From assembly GCA_964445145.1 (NCBI GenBank), contig CAYUJY010000001.1:6127-30126 (forward strand): a DNA stretch of 24,000 nt, given 5' to 3'. Position 1 is the stretch's first letter, and each line of letters begins with the position of its first letter. The position numbers and the translations under genes were made by a program. The notes below the pieces were generated by a model, which saw only the letters and a program-made list of their open reading frames with translations, was not told where the DNA came from and ran no database searches. The stretch comes from an uncultured Peptoniphilaceae bacterium (lineage in GTDB: Bacteria > Bacillota > Clostridia > Tissierellales > Peptoniphilaceae). Shown in pieces: positions 1-8,438 of this stretch.

Positions 1-1236
1 GATTCAATTACCACACCTTCAATTGCGGCAATTGGGATTACAAACCAAATGATGTTTATAGGTTTAGCAATGACGCAAGCATTATCCACTGGCGGTACCA
101 CGATGATTGCTAGATATGTTGGAGCAAAGCGTTATGATAAAGTTCCATCGGTACTTAAGCACATACTAATAATTGCATTTGTTTTAATAGTAATTCCATT
201 TGAAATTATAGGACTTAGCCTTTCAGAAGAGATGATGAGATTTATAGGAGCACAGCAGGATGCGATTTCTATAGGCTTAGGATACTTTAGAGTAGCAATC
301 ATTGGATTTATATTTCAAGCCTTCAATTTGACTGTTTTTGCATCAATTAGGGGTACTGGGGACACCAAGACACCTATGAAAATTAATATTTTCGTAAATA
401 TGCTAAACGTTGTGGGCAATTATGTATTAATATTTGGAAAATTTGGTTTACCGGCCCTAGGTGTTACAGGGGCTGGAATCTCCACATCAATTTCTCAAGT
501 GGTCGCTACAGTAATTTTGCTTTATATTTTATTCAAGAAGAAAAATAGAGTGTATTTGGATTTTAAAGAAAAGTTTAAAATCGAAGAATCCACAATATCT
601 AATTTAATAAAAATAGGTGGACCTGCAACACTAGAACAAATTGCATTTAGGGTTGGAATATTATTTTTTGTAAAAATAGTTTCGGGATTGGGTACCGTGG
701 TTTATGCTACACACCAAATTTGTTTAAATATAATGAGCTTATCTTTTTCCCCAGGACAAGCATTTGGTATCGCTTCATCCACCTTGGTGGGTAGAAGTTT
801 AGGCGAAAGAAACATAAACAAAGCCGAAGTCTTTTTAAAAGAATCGAATAAGCTAGCCATACTTGTCTCTGTTGTTTTAGGATTTGTATTTTTCTTTTTT
901 GGAAAATATATAACTGCACTTTACACCCAAGACCAAGCAATTATTAGCCAATCGATTGACATATTAAAGTTAATGGCATTTATTCAACCTTTTCAAGCGT
1001 CGCAATTGTCAATGGCTGGTGGCTTAAGGGGTGCAGGAGATACGGTTTCCACACTTTTAGTCACTATGTTTGGAGTTGTAATAGTGCGCCTTAGCGTTGC
1101 GTATCTATTAATAAATGTAATGCAAGTTGGGTTGATGGGTGCATGGATCGCCATGTTTGTAGACCAATTTGTAAGATGGGTTGGAGTAACTATAAGATAC
1201 AAAACTGGAAACTGGAAGTATATAAAGCTAAAGTAA
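1..1236 (+). CDS. MATE family multidrug/toxin efflux transporter (5'-truncated by window edge)
   Basis: Frame 1 is open from nt 1 (DSITTPSIAAIGITNQ precedes the first Met at 49). Stop TAA at 1234-1236. Polytopic hydrophobic protein with the duplicated MATE half-motifs IRGTGDTKTPM and LRGAGDTVSTL. Confidence 0.85.
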   Translation, partial: DSITTPSIAAIGITNQMMFIGLAMTQALSTGGTTMIARYVGAKRYDKVPSVLKHILIIAFVLIVIPFEIIGLSLSEEMMRFIGAQQDAISIGLGYFRVAIIGFIFQAFNLTVFASIRGTGDTKTPMKINIFVNMLNVVGNYVLIFGKFGLPALGVTGAGISTSISQVVATVILLYILFKKKNRVYLDFKEKFKIEESTISNLIKIGGPATLEQIAFRVGILFFVKIVSGLGTVVYATHQICLNIMSLSFSPGQAFGIASSTLVGRSLGERNINKAEVFLKESNKLAILVSVVLGFVFFFFGKYITALYTQDQAIISQSIDILKLMAFIQPFQASQLSMAGGLRGAGDTVSTLLVTMFGVVIVRLSVAYLLINVMQVGLMGAWIAMFVDQFVRWVGVTIRYKTGNWKYIKLK

Positions 1237-1268
1237 CATATTTATACAAATTATTAGGTTATAAAATA

Positions 1269-1291
1269 GCGCACATATAGTGTGCTTTTTT
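1269..1291 (+). terminator. Rho-independent terminator after the MATE gene
   Basis: GCGCAC (1269-1274) pairs with GTGTGC (1280-1285), including one G-U pair, around a 5-nt loop. Followed by T6 (1286-1291). Confidence 0.6.
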
Positions 1292-1301
1292 AGTACATAT
1301 G

Positions 1302-1330
1302 TAGATTAATACTATATTTCGTGGTAATAT
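1302..1330 (+). promoter_or_regulatory. Putative sigma-A promoter with extended -10 for the 1355-5959 operon
   Basis: TGgTAATAT at 1322-1330 (extended -10). Weak -35 TAGATT at 1302-1307 with a 17-nt spacer. SD AGGGAGGTG at 1341-1349 precedes ATG 1355. Confidence 0.45.
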
Positions 1331-1354
1331 ATTATTAATTAGGGAGGTGGGTCC

Positions 1355-2275
1355 ATGAAATTAATTATTGATATAAATCCTTACTTGGAAAGAAATTTTG
1401 CAATTGAAAAATTCGAGTCCCAAAAAGAAATCATGGCAATGGATAACAAAGTAACTTTGAATAAAAGTTCCGTTGAATGTTTAAAGATTTTTGATATTTT
1501 TGGAGTAAATTCGCTGCTTATAACCATATTAGGCGGAAATAATGGTGAATTATATGAGAAACTATTGAAAAACGAAGCTATTGATTATGTGAAAGTCCCA
1601 ATAAGAGACGAAATTCAAGAAAGAATATACATTTCATCCGACCAACGAGCCTTAGATATCAGGACCGAAGAGCCAAGAGTAACTATGGACGAAGTAAATG
1701 ATTTGTATTCACTGTTTTCCAATCATTTAACCCAAGTGAATTTTGTACTAATCCCTGAAAGTTCAGATACGGAAAGGTCAATTGAGTTTTTAGAAAATTT
1801 AATTAATATATCCTACAAAGCAGGAGTGAAAATTGGAGTAGTTGCCAATAAATATAACGTAAAATCAATTATTTCTAAAAAACCATATGCCATTATATTA
1901 AATACATCGGAGCTTGAAGAGTATTCTAATCAAGAATTAAATTTTGAATGGGAAATTACAAAAATTTGTAATGGAATATTGGATTCAGGAGTGGGAATAG
2001 TACTCCTAGCTAGGTCTAATAAAGAGCTACACCTCTATAATGGTGAGGAGTTGTTGATTGCTACTATAAGCAATCCCACTGGGGAAGAAATAAATAAAAA
2101 CAAAGCTATTTCAGGTTATATCGCTGGAATAAGTAAAGGCTATGACAACTCCATGAGTTTATCAATTGCTTTGGCTGCTGCGAAACCAGAAGTTGCAGAG
2201 ATTGAGAAAAAGCTTGATGCTGCAAATATTAAATTGCTACTAAAAGAAATTAAGGTTGATAAGTTCAATGCATAA
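1355..2275 (+). CDS. PfkB/1-phosphofructokinase-fold protein with a degenerate active site (probably non-catalytic)
   Basis: Strong SD. Collinear with FruK/PfkB landmarks: N-terminal DINPYLE (cf. TLNPAxD), ILGGNNGELY, LNTSELEE (NxxE retained). The C-terminal GAGD catalytic/anion-hole motif is replaced by NKNK (EEINKNKAISGYIAGI) and the N-terminal GG lid motif is absent. Confidence 0.6.
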   Translation: MKLIIDINPYLERNFAIEKFESQKEIMAMDNKVTLNKSSVECLKIFDIFGVNSLLITILGGNNGELYEKLLKNEAIDYVKVPIRDEIQERIYISSDQRALDIRTEEPRVTMDEVNDLYSLFSNHLTQVNFVLIPESSDTERSIEFLENLINISYKAGVKIGVVANKYNVKSIISKKPYAIILNTSELEEYSNQELNFEWEITKICNGILDSGVGIVLLARSNKELHLYNGEELLIATISNPTGEEINKNKAISGYIAGISKGYDNSMSLSIALAAAKPEVAEIEKKLDAANIKLLLKEIKVDKFNA

Positions 2276-3353
2276 GAATTTTAAATTTCTTCACATTTCA
2301 GACATTCATTTGGGAACTTATTTTTTGAAAGATACGATTATTGGGAAGGATTCTGACGAAAGACGTCAGGAATTATGGGTTACATTTCAAAGAACCCTTG
2401 ATTTTGCGCGGGAAGAAAATGCTGAATTTGTGCTGATAGCGGGAGATTTATTCGAAAACAGTAGTTTTACTATTTCAAATTTAGATAGATTAGCTTACAT
2501 TTTCCACCAATTTTCTGATTTAGAATTTTATATTGTTGCTGGAAATCATGATTACATTAGCCCTAAATTTAACTACTTGAAAGATATATCTGGTGATAAT
2601 GTACATTTTTTTGATGCAAAATTAGATTTTTATGAAATTAGTAAACTGAATGTTCGGATATATGGTTTTTCCTGGGACAGACTAGAGATAAATGAAATAC
2701 CCTTTGATTTTCCAAAATTAGATGGTACTTTTTTTAATGTTCTATTATTACATACGAATTTTCAAAAACCATCAAATTATTTACCCCTCAGCTTATCAAA
2801 TTTAGAAAATGTCAATTTTAATTATTTTGCCTTTGGACATATTCACTATCACCATGAAGTGTATAAAAACGCATATTATTCTGGTTCGCCAGAACCATTA
2901 AAGTTTACGAACACAGGACCACACGGTGCATTGATTGTAAGTTACGAAAACTCTTTATTGAGTGTTGAGTTCAAAGAGTTTGGTGTTAGGCAGTATAGAG
3001 AATATGAATTGGATTTAAACGGAATTAGTAACAACCTAGAAGCCTTTAAGGCAGCCGAGCTATTGCTTACAAATGCAAAGAACGGAGATTACATTAGAAT
3101 AACTGGGAAAAATCAAAAAGTCTCAGTTGTAAACCTAAATGAGTTGGAAGAAAAATTAAGAGAATCGTTTAAATATTTAGAAATTATTGACAAAACACTT
3201 CCATCCATAGATATAGACGAAATTTTTGAAAGTAATACGAGCAATTTAGTAGGAGAGTACATCGAATTTGTTAAAGAAAACTATGACGATGTAACTGCTG
3301 CAAAACTTCTTGATATTTGCATAAAAGGTTTTATAACTGGTGATTTGTTATGA
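2268..3353 (+). CDS. Mre11/SbcD-type metallophosphoesterase nuclease (YhaO/SbcF-like)
   Basis: Calcineurin-like motifs in order: SDIHLG, GDLFE, GNHD, LLLHT, GHIH. The ORF track starts at TTG 2256. ATG 2268 is preferred; it overlaps the upstream stop (ATGCATAA). Confidence 0.8.
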   Translation: MHKNFKFLHISDIHLGTYFLKDTIIGKDSDERRQELWVTFQRTLDFAREENAEFVLIAGDLFENSSFTISNLDRLAYIFHQFSDLEFYIVAGNHDYISPKFNYLKDISGDNVHFFDAKLDFYEISKLNVRIYGFSWDRLEINEIPFDFPKLDGTFFNVLLLHTNFQKPSNYLPLSLSNLENVNFNYFAFGHIHYHHEVYKNAYYSGSPEPLKFTNTGPHGALIVSYENSLLSVEFKEFGVRQYREYELDLNGISNNLEAFKAAELLLTNAKNGDYIRITGKNQKVSVVNLNELEEKLRESFKYLEIIDKTLPSIDIDEIFESNTSNLVGEYIEFVKENYDDVTAAKLLDICIKGFITGDLL

Positions 3354-5269
3354 TGATCAAAAAAATAAAAATCTTAGGTTATGGTAAGTTATCAGATGTT
3401 GAAATGAATTTTAAAAATGGTCTAAATATAGTATATGGCCCCAATGAAAGTGGCAAAAGTACAATTCGAAGCTTTATTTTTGGGATGCTTTATGGAGGAA
3501 TAGCAGCAAACTCTAAGAGGACTATTTACACCGAAGAATATAATTCCCAATTGCCATGGAGTGGCTTAAACTATGAAGGAAGCATGGAGATTGAAAGGAA
3601 TAATGAATATTATCACATTTATCGCAACTTCCAAAAAGGAAATGAAAGACTATCAATAATAAATATTAAAACGGGTGAAGACGCTAAGAACAAATTTATG
3701 ATAGATCAGTCTAAGCGTGTTGAAAGAATTGATTATGAATTCTTTGGTGTGAGTGAATCCACCATTAGAAAGAACTTCGTCATTGACCCTCTATACAATG
3801 ATTTCAACATGGGTGTTAGTATTGACATAAGGGATAGACTGAACAATAAAATTTCCACAAATGATGACAATCTATCTTTAGAAAAATTGCTAAATAATAT
3901 TGATAGCACAAATGATATAAAGGGTATAAAAAGAACAATAAAATTTCTGAATAATGATATTAAAGAATTAGAGGATAAACTGCGTTATTCCAATTCTAAA
4001 TTGGAGCATACGATTGATTTTGACTATCTTGATGATCTTTCAAGAAAAATTGAAGATTTAGAAAAAGAATACGAACTAAAGTTAAATGAAAAGATAATCA
4101 AAATAACGGAATATAATCAAAATGATTTAGCTGAACAGGAACTAATACAGGAGCATCAGTTTTTATTATATAGAAGAGAACAATTAAGTCTTGGTGCGGT
4201 GGACATAGATGCAGTTAGTAGCCTTCTTAAACATAAAAACATTTTATCCAACGAAATTGAAATATTGGAAATTAAGAATGGAAGAAGCAACTACTTTCAT
4301 ATTGCATTGCTAATTATGTCCATATTAGGTTCTACCGTAAGCTATTTTCTCGTTAAAGACTTATTTTATCAAACTCTGTTGGCAGTAATGCTGTCTCTTA
4401 TACTTTTAATGTATAAAAATAATAAGAGTAAAAGAGACGCCAAATCTCTTTCAGAGAAGTATCAAGAACTAGACTCTATCCAAGAAGCGCTCGTTTATGC
4501 AGGAGTAGACGTAGATACAGTAGATGAAGAAGTTCTAAAAAGAAACACTAATGAGATGAATTCAATCGGTACTCGACTTCAGGAAATTGAAGATGTTTTA
4601 GGGGATAAAGTATATAATAATATGGAAACTGAGCAATCGGATATAGATAATGAAATTGTTGAGCTTAAAGATAAAATTGACTTTGCTAAAATAGAACGAG
4701 CAAGACTCCTAGAACGTATAAAAATAAATGATGAATCATATAAAAGTGAACTAGAAGACAGAGAAGAACTAGGATTACTGAACGATGAATTAAAGGAAGC
4801 TGAAAGTAAGTACAATTTAATTGAAGAATCTAAGGAAATTTTAAAAAAGTTATCTAAAGAAAAATTTATTAATCATGCTGAAATACTCAGCGAAAAATCT
4901 AGCAATTATTTAGAGTTTCTAACAGATGGAAAATATAAGAACATAATAGTAAATCCCGAAGGAAACATTTTAATAAAGGATCTTGAAGCAGGAGAATTTG
5001 TAAATGTGAGTAATCTGAGCAAAGGCACAATTGACCAAGTTTATCTAGCCCATAGGCTATCCATAATAGAAAATCTGGGCTTAGATTTCCCTTTGTTTAT
5101 TGATGATGGGTTGGTACTTTATGATGATGAAAGAAATTTTAAAGCATTGTCACTTATAGCTGAAATTTCTGAAAATAGACAAGTGTTTCTTTTTACTAGT
5201 CATGCTAGGGATATAAAAAATATAGAAAAATTGGGCAGTAAATATAATTTTATTAAGTTAGGAGCATAG
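3350..5269 (+). CDS. Rad50/SbcC/SMC-like ABC ATPase (YhaN/SbcE-like) with a central transmembrane hairpin
   Basis: Walker A GPNESGKST (aa 30-38). Long charged, heptad-like helical arms. Two hydrophobic helices at aa ~315-355. C-terminal signature LSKGT, Walker B PLFIDDG, H-loop FTSH. ATGA start/stop overlap with the upstream gene. Confidence 0.8.
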   Translation: MMIKKIKILGYGKLSDVEMNFKNGLNIVYGPNESGKSTIRSFIFGMLYGGIAANSKRTIYTEEYNSQLPWSGLNYEGSMEIERNNEYYHIYRNFQKGNERLSIINIKTGEDAKNKFMIDQSKRVERIDYEFFGVSESTIRKNFVIDPLYNDFNMGVSIDIRDRLNNKISTNDDNLSLEKLLNNIDSTNDIKGIKRTIKFLNNDIKELEDKLRYSNSKLEHTIDFDYLDDLSRKIEDLEKEYELKLNEKIIKITEYNQNDLAEQELIQEHQFLLYRREQLSLGAVDIDAVSSLLKHKNILSNEIEILEIKNGRSNYFHIALLIMSILGSTVSYFLVKDLFYQTLLAVMLSLILLMYKNNKSKRDAKSLSEKYQELDSIQEALVYAGVDVDTVDEEVLKRNTNEMNSIGTRLQEIEDVLGDKVYNNMETEQSDIDNEIVELKDKIDFAKIERARLLERIKINDESYKSELEDREELGLLNDELKEAESKYNLIEESKEILKKLSKEKFINHAEILSEKSSNYLEFLTDGKYKNIIVNPEGNILIKDLEAGEFVNVSNLSKGTIDQVYLAHRLSIIENLGLDFPLFIDDGLVLYDDERNFKALSLIAEISENRQVFLFTSHARDIKNIEKLGSKYNFIKLGA

Positions 5270-5959
5270 ATGATTTGGGGTATTGGTGATTTGCATTTTG
5301 ATCATACAAAAGATAAATCCATGGACATATTTGGGGGAAACTGGATAAACCATGAGGAGAAGATTATAGAAGATTGGATAAGCCGAGTTTCAGATGATGA
5401 TATAGTACTTGTAGCAGGCGATATATCCTGGGCGTTAAAAATTGAAGATGCAAAATCAGACTTAACGAGAATTGATGAGCTACCTGGTGAAAAATATTTT
5501 ATTAAGGGAAATCACGATTATTGGTGGGCAAGTCTAAACAAGTTAAATAGCTTGGGTTTAAAAACCATAAATTTCATACAAAACAATCATTTCATAAATG
5601 GTTCTGTAGCAATATTTGGCACAAGGGGATGGTTACCTCGCGATGCTGACAATTTCACACCTGAAGATGAAAAAATATTTAAAAGAGAACTTATGAGATT
5701 AGAAAACTCATTAAAGAGTTATACGAATGAAGATGAATCCATAACAAAGATTGTAATGATACATTTTCCACCGTTTTCAAGTAATGGAAAGCCTAATGAA
5801 TTTGTTGCGTTGATGGAAAAATATAATGTAGATAACTGCGTATATGGACATTTACATGGCGATGGACACGTTTTTGTAAAGGAAGGTACGTTTAATAATA
5901 TGGACATAAAATGCGTATCTAGTGACTTTTTAGACTTTAAATTGAAAAAAATACTATAA
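5270..5959 (+). CDS. Metallophosphoesterase (calcineurin-like phosphohydrolase), small stand-alone type
   Basis: Motifs GDLHFD, AGDISW, GNHDYWW, MIHFPP, GHLHG. SD AGGAG at 5258-5262. The ATG directly abuts the upstream TAG (TAGATG). Confidence 0.8.
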   Translation: MIWGIGDLHFDHTKDKSMDIFGGNWINHEEKIIEDWISRVSDDDIVLVAGDISWALKIEDAKSDLTRIDELPGEKYFIKGNHDYWWASLNKLNSLGLKTINFIQNNHFINGSVAIFGTRGWLPRDADNFTPEDEKIFKRELMRLENSLKSYTNEDESITKIVMIHFPPFSSNGKPNEFVALMEKYNVDNCVYGHLHGDGHVFVKEGTFNNMDIKCVSSDFLDFKLKKIL

Positions 5960-5993
5960 ATAGATAAAATAACCTAAAAATGTGAACTTACTA

Positions 5994-6022
5994 TTAAACA
6001 TAATTCATAATTATGTTACAAT
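5994..6022 (+). promoter_or_regulatory. Putative sigma-A promoter (extended -10) for ppsA
   Basis: TTAAAC (5994-5999), 17-nt spacer, TGtTACAAT (6014-6022). SD AAAGGAG at 6037-6043, ATG 6050. Confidence 0.5.
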
Positions 6023-6049
6023 ATATTTAGTAAACGAAAGGAGTGTAGT

Positions 6050-8392
6050 ATGGGAAAGTACAGATACATTAAATTATTTGAAGAAGTGGGGAAGAATGAT
6101 ATTCCACTCGTAGGTGGTAAGGGTGCAAACCTAGGCGAATTGACACAGATGGGTCTAGATGTTCCACCTGGATTTTGTGTTACGAGTTCTGCGTATAATT
6201 ACTTTGTAAACTATACAAATTTAAATGAAATCGTGAAACTTCTGTTGGAAAGACTGGATGTTGACAATTCAGATTCCTTAACCATGGTAAGCGAAAAGCT
6301 ACAAGCTAAACTTAATGAAAGTAAGATTCCTGAGGATTTGGAGAAGGAAATTATTGACGCTTACAGAGAATTCAGCAAAAGGTACGACCTAGTAGACCCG
6401 CATGTTGCTGTACGAAGCTCAGCTACAGCAGAAGATTTACCTGATGCATCCTTTGCAGGACAACAAGATACGTATCTTCACATCAGTGGGGAAGAAGAAT
6501 TATTAAGACATATTAGAAGATGCTGGGCCTCCTTATGGACTGCTAGAGCAATCTATTACAGAGAAAAACAAGATTTTGATCATTTTGATGTAGCATTAAG
6601 CGTTGTTGTTCAAAAAATGGTTAACTCAGAGAAGAGTGGCGTAATGTTTACTGCTAATCCTATTTCTCAAAACCTTGATGAAATGATGATTAATGCAAGC
6701 TATGGGCTAGGTGAAGCTGTAGTAAGCGGCATGGTAACACCAGATGAGTACATCGTAAATAAAAAAACTAAAGAAATTATTGAAACTACAATTTCTGAAA
6801 AAAATGTAATGGTTATACAAGCAGATGACGGCGTGGGCACTAAGCTTGTACAAGTTGCTGACTATCTAGGTAATGAAGCTGTAAATACCGAATGTTTAAA
6901 TGAATATGAACTGAGCACTCTTATTGATTATGGTATAAAAATAGAAAATCTTTACAAGAACATTCAAGATATCGAGTGGGGAATAGACGCTGACACTAAA
7001 CAGCTATATATACTACAATCTAGACCTATTACAACGATTAAAAAGGACGAAAAGGAAGTATTGAACGTCTTGGTTAAAGGTCTTGCTGCATCACCGGGAA
7101 TTGGACGCGGTGTAGTAAGAAACATTGAAAACTTAATAAATATAAACCAAGTTGAAGACGGCGATATTCTTGTAACTGGAATGACAAATCCAGATATGGT
7201 TCCTGCCATGAGAAAATGTGCAGCAGTTGTAACTGATGAGGGTGGTAGAACATGTCATGCTGCCATCGTTTCAAGAGAATTAGGAATTCCGTGCATAGTA
7301 GGAGCTAAAAATGCTACTAAAGTGCTTGCGACAGGACAATTTGTTACTGCAGATGCTACACGTGGTGTAGTATATGAAGGAAACGTATTAAATAAAAAAG
7401 TTGATGAAGAAAAACAAGAAGTAACTGGTGGAGGCAGTTTTGCCCTTACGGATGAATTAAAAACCCTTTGGGCACCTATTACTGCAACTAAAATTTACAT
7501 GAACCTTGGAGAACCTGAGCTTATAGAAAAGTATAAGAATCTTCCATTCGACGGTATTGGATTAATGAGAACTGAATTTATATTTACAAATATGATAGGC
7601 GCTCATCCAATGTATCTAATAAAAACGGGTCAAGGGGATATGATGGTTGAAAAGCTAACTGAAGGTATTATGACAGTAGCATCAGCTATTTATCCTAAAC
7701 AATTGACAGTTCGAATGAGTGACTTCAGAACCAACGAATTCCGTGGATTAAAAGGTGGAGAAGAAGTTGAACCTATAGAGCAAAATCCAATGATAGGTTG
7801 GAGAGGTGTTTCCAGATATATATCTAAAGAATATGAAGAAGGCTTCAGGTTAGAATGTAGAGCTATCAGAAACGTTAGAGAAGAACATGGACTTAAAAAT
7901 GTCGTAGTAATGCTCCCGTTTGTAAGAACTCCTGAAGAGCTTAAGGTAGTTAAAGAAATCATGAAGGAAGAAGGACTTGTAAGAGGCGTTGACTTTAAGC
8001 TATGGATAATGGCAGAAGTTCCTTCAGTAGTAATGATGGCAGAAGAATTTGCACAACTAGTAGATGGATTCTCCATTGGAAGTAACGACTTAACACAACT
8101 TACGATGGGTGCAGATAGGGATAGCGAAAAGATGAACAATATGGGCTATTTCGATGAAAGACAAGAGGCTGTTAAGAGAGCAGTTCAAATTATTATTAAT
8201 GCTGCTAAGAAATATGGAAAAACAGTTTCAATATGCGGTCAAGGTCCATCACAATATCCAGAGTTTGCAGAATTCCTAGTGGAAAATGGAATAACTTCCA
8301 TAAGTGTAAACCCTGATACAGTTGAGTATACTAGAAGAGTTGTAGCTCAAGTAGAACAAAAAATACTTTTAGATAGCATAGTAAGAAAATAA
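6050..8392 (+). CDS. ppsA: Phosphoenolpyruvate synthase (pyruvate, water dikinase)
   Basis: Three-domain order: N-terminal ATP-grasp/PPDK_N region, central phosphohistidine swivel GGRTCHAAIVSRELGIPCIVG, C-terminal PEP-utilizer TIM barrel (GSNDLTQL, SICGQ). The 780-aa length is typical of PpsA. The C-terminal barrel argues against a rifampicin phosphotransferase. Confidence 0.85.
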   Translation: MGKYRYIKLFEEVGKNDIPLVGGKGANLGELTQMGLDVPPGFCVTSSAYNYFVNYTNLNEIVKLLLERLDVDNSDSLTMVSEKLQAKLNESKIPEDLEKEIIDAYREFSKRYDLVDPHVAVRSSATAEDLPDASFAGQQDTYLHISGEEELLRHIRRCWASLWTARAIYYREKQDFDHFDVALSVVVQKMVNSEKSGVMFTANPISQNLDEMMINASYGLGEAVVSGMVTPDEYIVNKKTKEIIETTISEKNVMVIQADDGVGTKLVQVADYLGNEAVNTECLNEYELSTLIDYGIKIENLYKNIQDIEWGIDADTKQLYILQSRPITTIKKDEKEVLNVLVKGLAASPGIGRGVVRNIENLININQVEDGDILVTGMTNPDMVPAMRKCAAVVTDEGGRTCHAAIVSRELGIPCIVGAKNATKVLATGQFVTADATRGVVYEGNVLNKKVDEEKQEVTGGGSFALTDELKTLWAPITATKIYMNLGEPELIEKYKNLPFDGIGLMRTEFIFTNMIGAHPMYLIKTGQGDMMVEKLTEGIMTVASAIYPKQLTVRMSDFRTNEFRGLKGGEEVEPIEQNPMIGWRGVSRYISKEYEEGFRLECRAIRNVREEHGLKNVVVMLPFVRTPEELKVVKEIMKEEGLVRGVDFKLWIMAEVPSVVMMAEEFAQLVDGFSIGSNDLTQLTMGADRDSEKMNNMGYFDERQEAVKRAVQIIINAAKKYGKTVSICGQGPSQYPEFAEFLVENGITSISVNPDTVEYTRRVVAQVEQKILLDSIVRK

Positions 8393-8399
8393 ATTGTAA

Positions 8400-8438
8400 A
8401 CGGGTACCCTGGTGGTACCCGTAGTTTTATATTTTTTT
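8400..8438. terminator. Bidirectional rho-independent terminator shared by convergent ppsA and alaX-like genes
   Basis: Perfect 9-bp stem ACGGGTACC (8400-8408) / GGTACCCGT (8414-8422) with a 5-nt loop. T-rich tract AGTTTTATATTTTTTT follows on the + strand. A weaker TTTACAATTT follows on the - strand. Confidence 0.75.

Noticed and set aside
1294-1303. Perfect 10-bp palindrome TACATATGTA overlapping the -35 region of the repair-like operon, considered as a LexA (Cheo) box
   Set aside because: In context it reads aGTACATATGTAGa. Against GAAC-N4-GTTC it mismatches 3 of the 8 invariant positions. Short AT-rich palindromes are expected by chance in this composition. Only a genome-wide LexA motif model or ChIP could revive the idea.
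2256-2267. TTG start at 2256 for the SbcD-like nuclease
   Set aside because: An in-frame ATG 12 nt downstream (2268) gives a standard short N-terminus before the DxH motif and a typical ATG/stop overlap. TTG cannot be excluded, but it is less likely.
1355-5959. Reading the ATPase + nuclease operon as sitting in a mobile defence island
   Set aside because: No integrase, transposase, tRNA, direct repeats or visible compositional shift. The neighbours are a MATE transporter and ppsA. The defence idea is kept only as a low-probability alternative within the first finding.
7690-8139. 149-aa antisense ORF inside ppsA (with the smaller antisense ORFs at 6964-7209 and 7074-7274)
   Set aside because: Lies entirely within a well-supported, motif-rich + strand gene. 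The translation is Ser/Leu/Thr-rich low-complexity, typical of the reverse frame of an AT-rich coding region. No SD or promoter.
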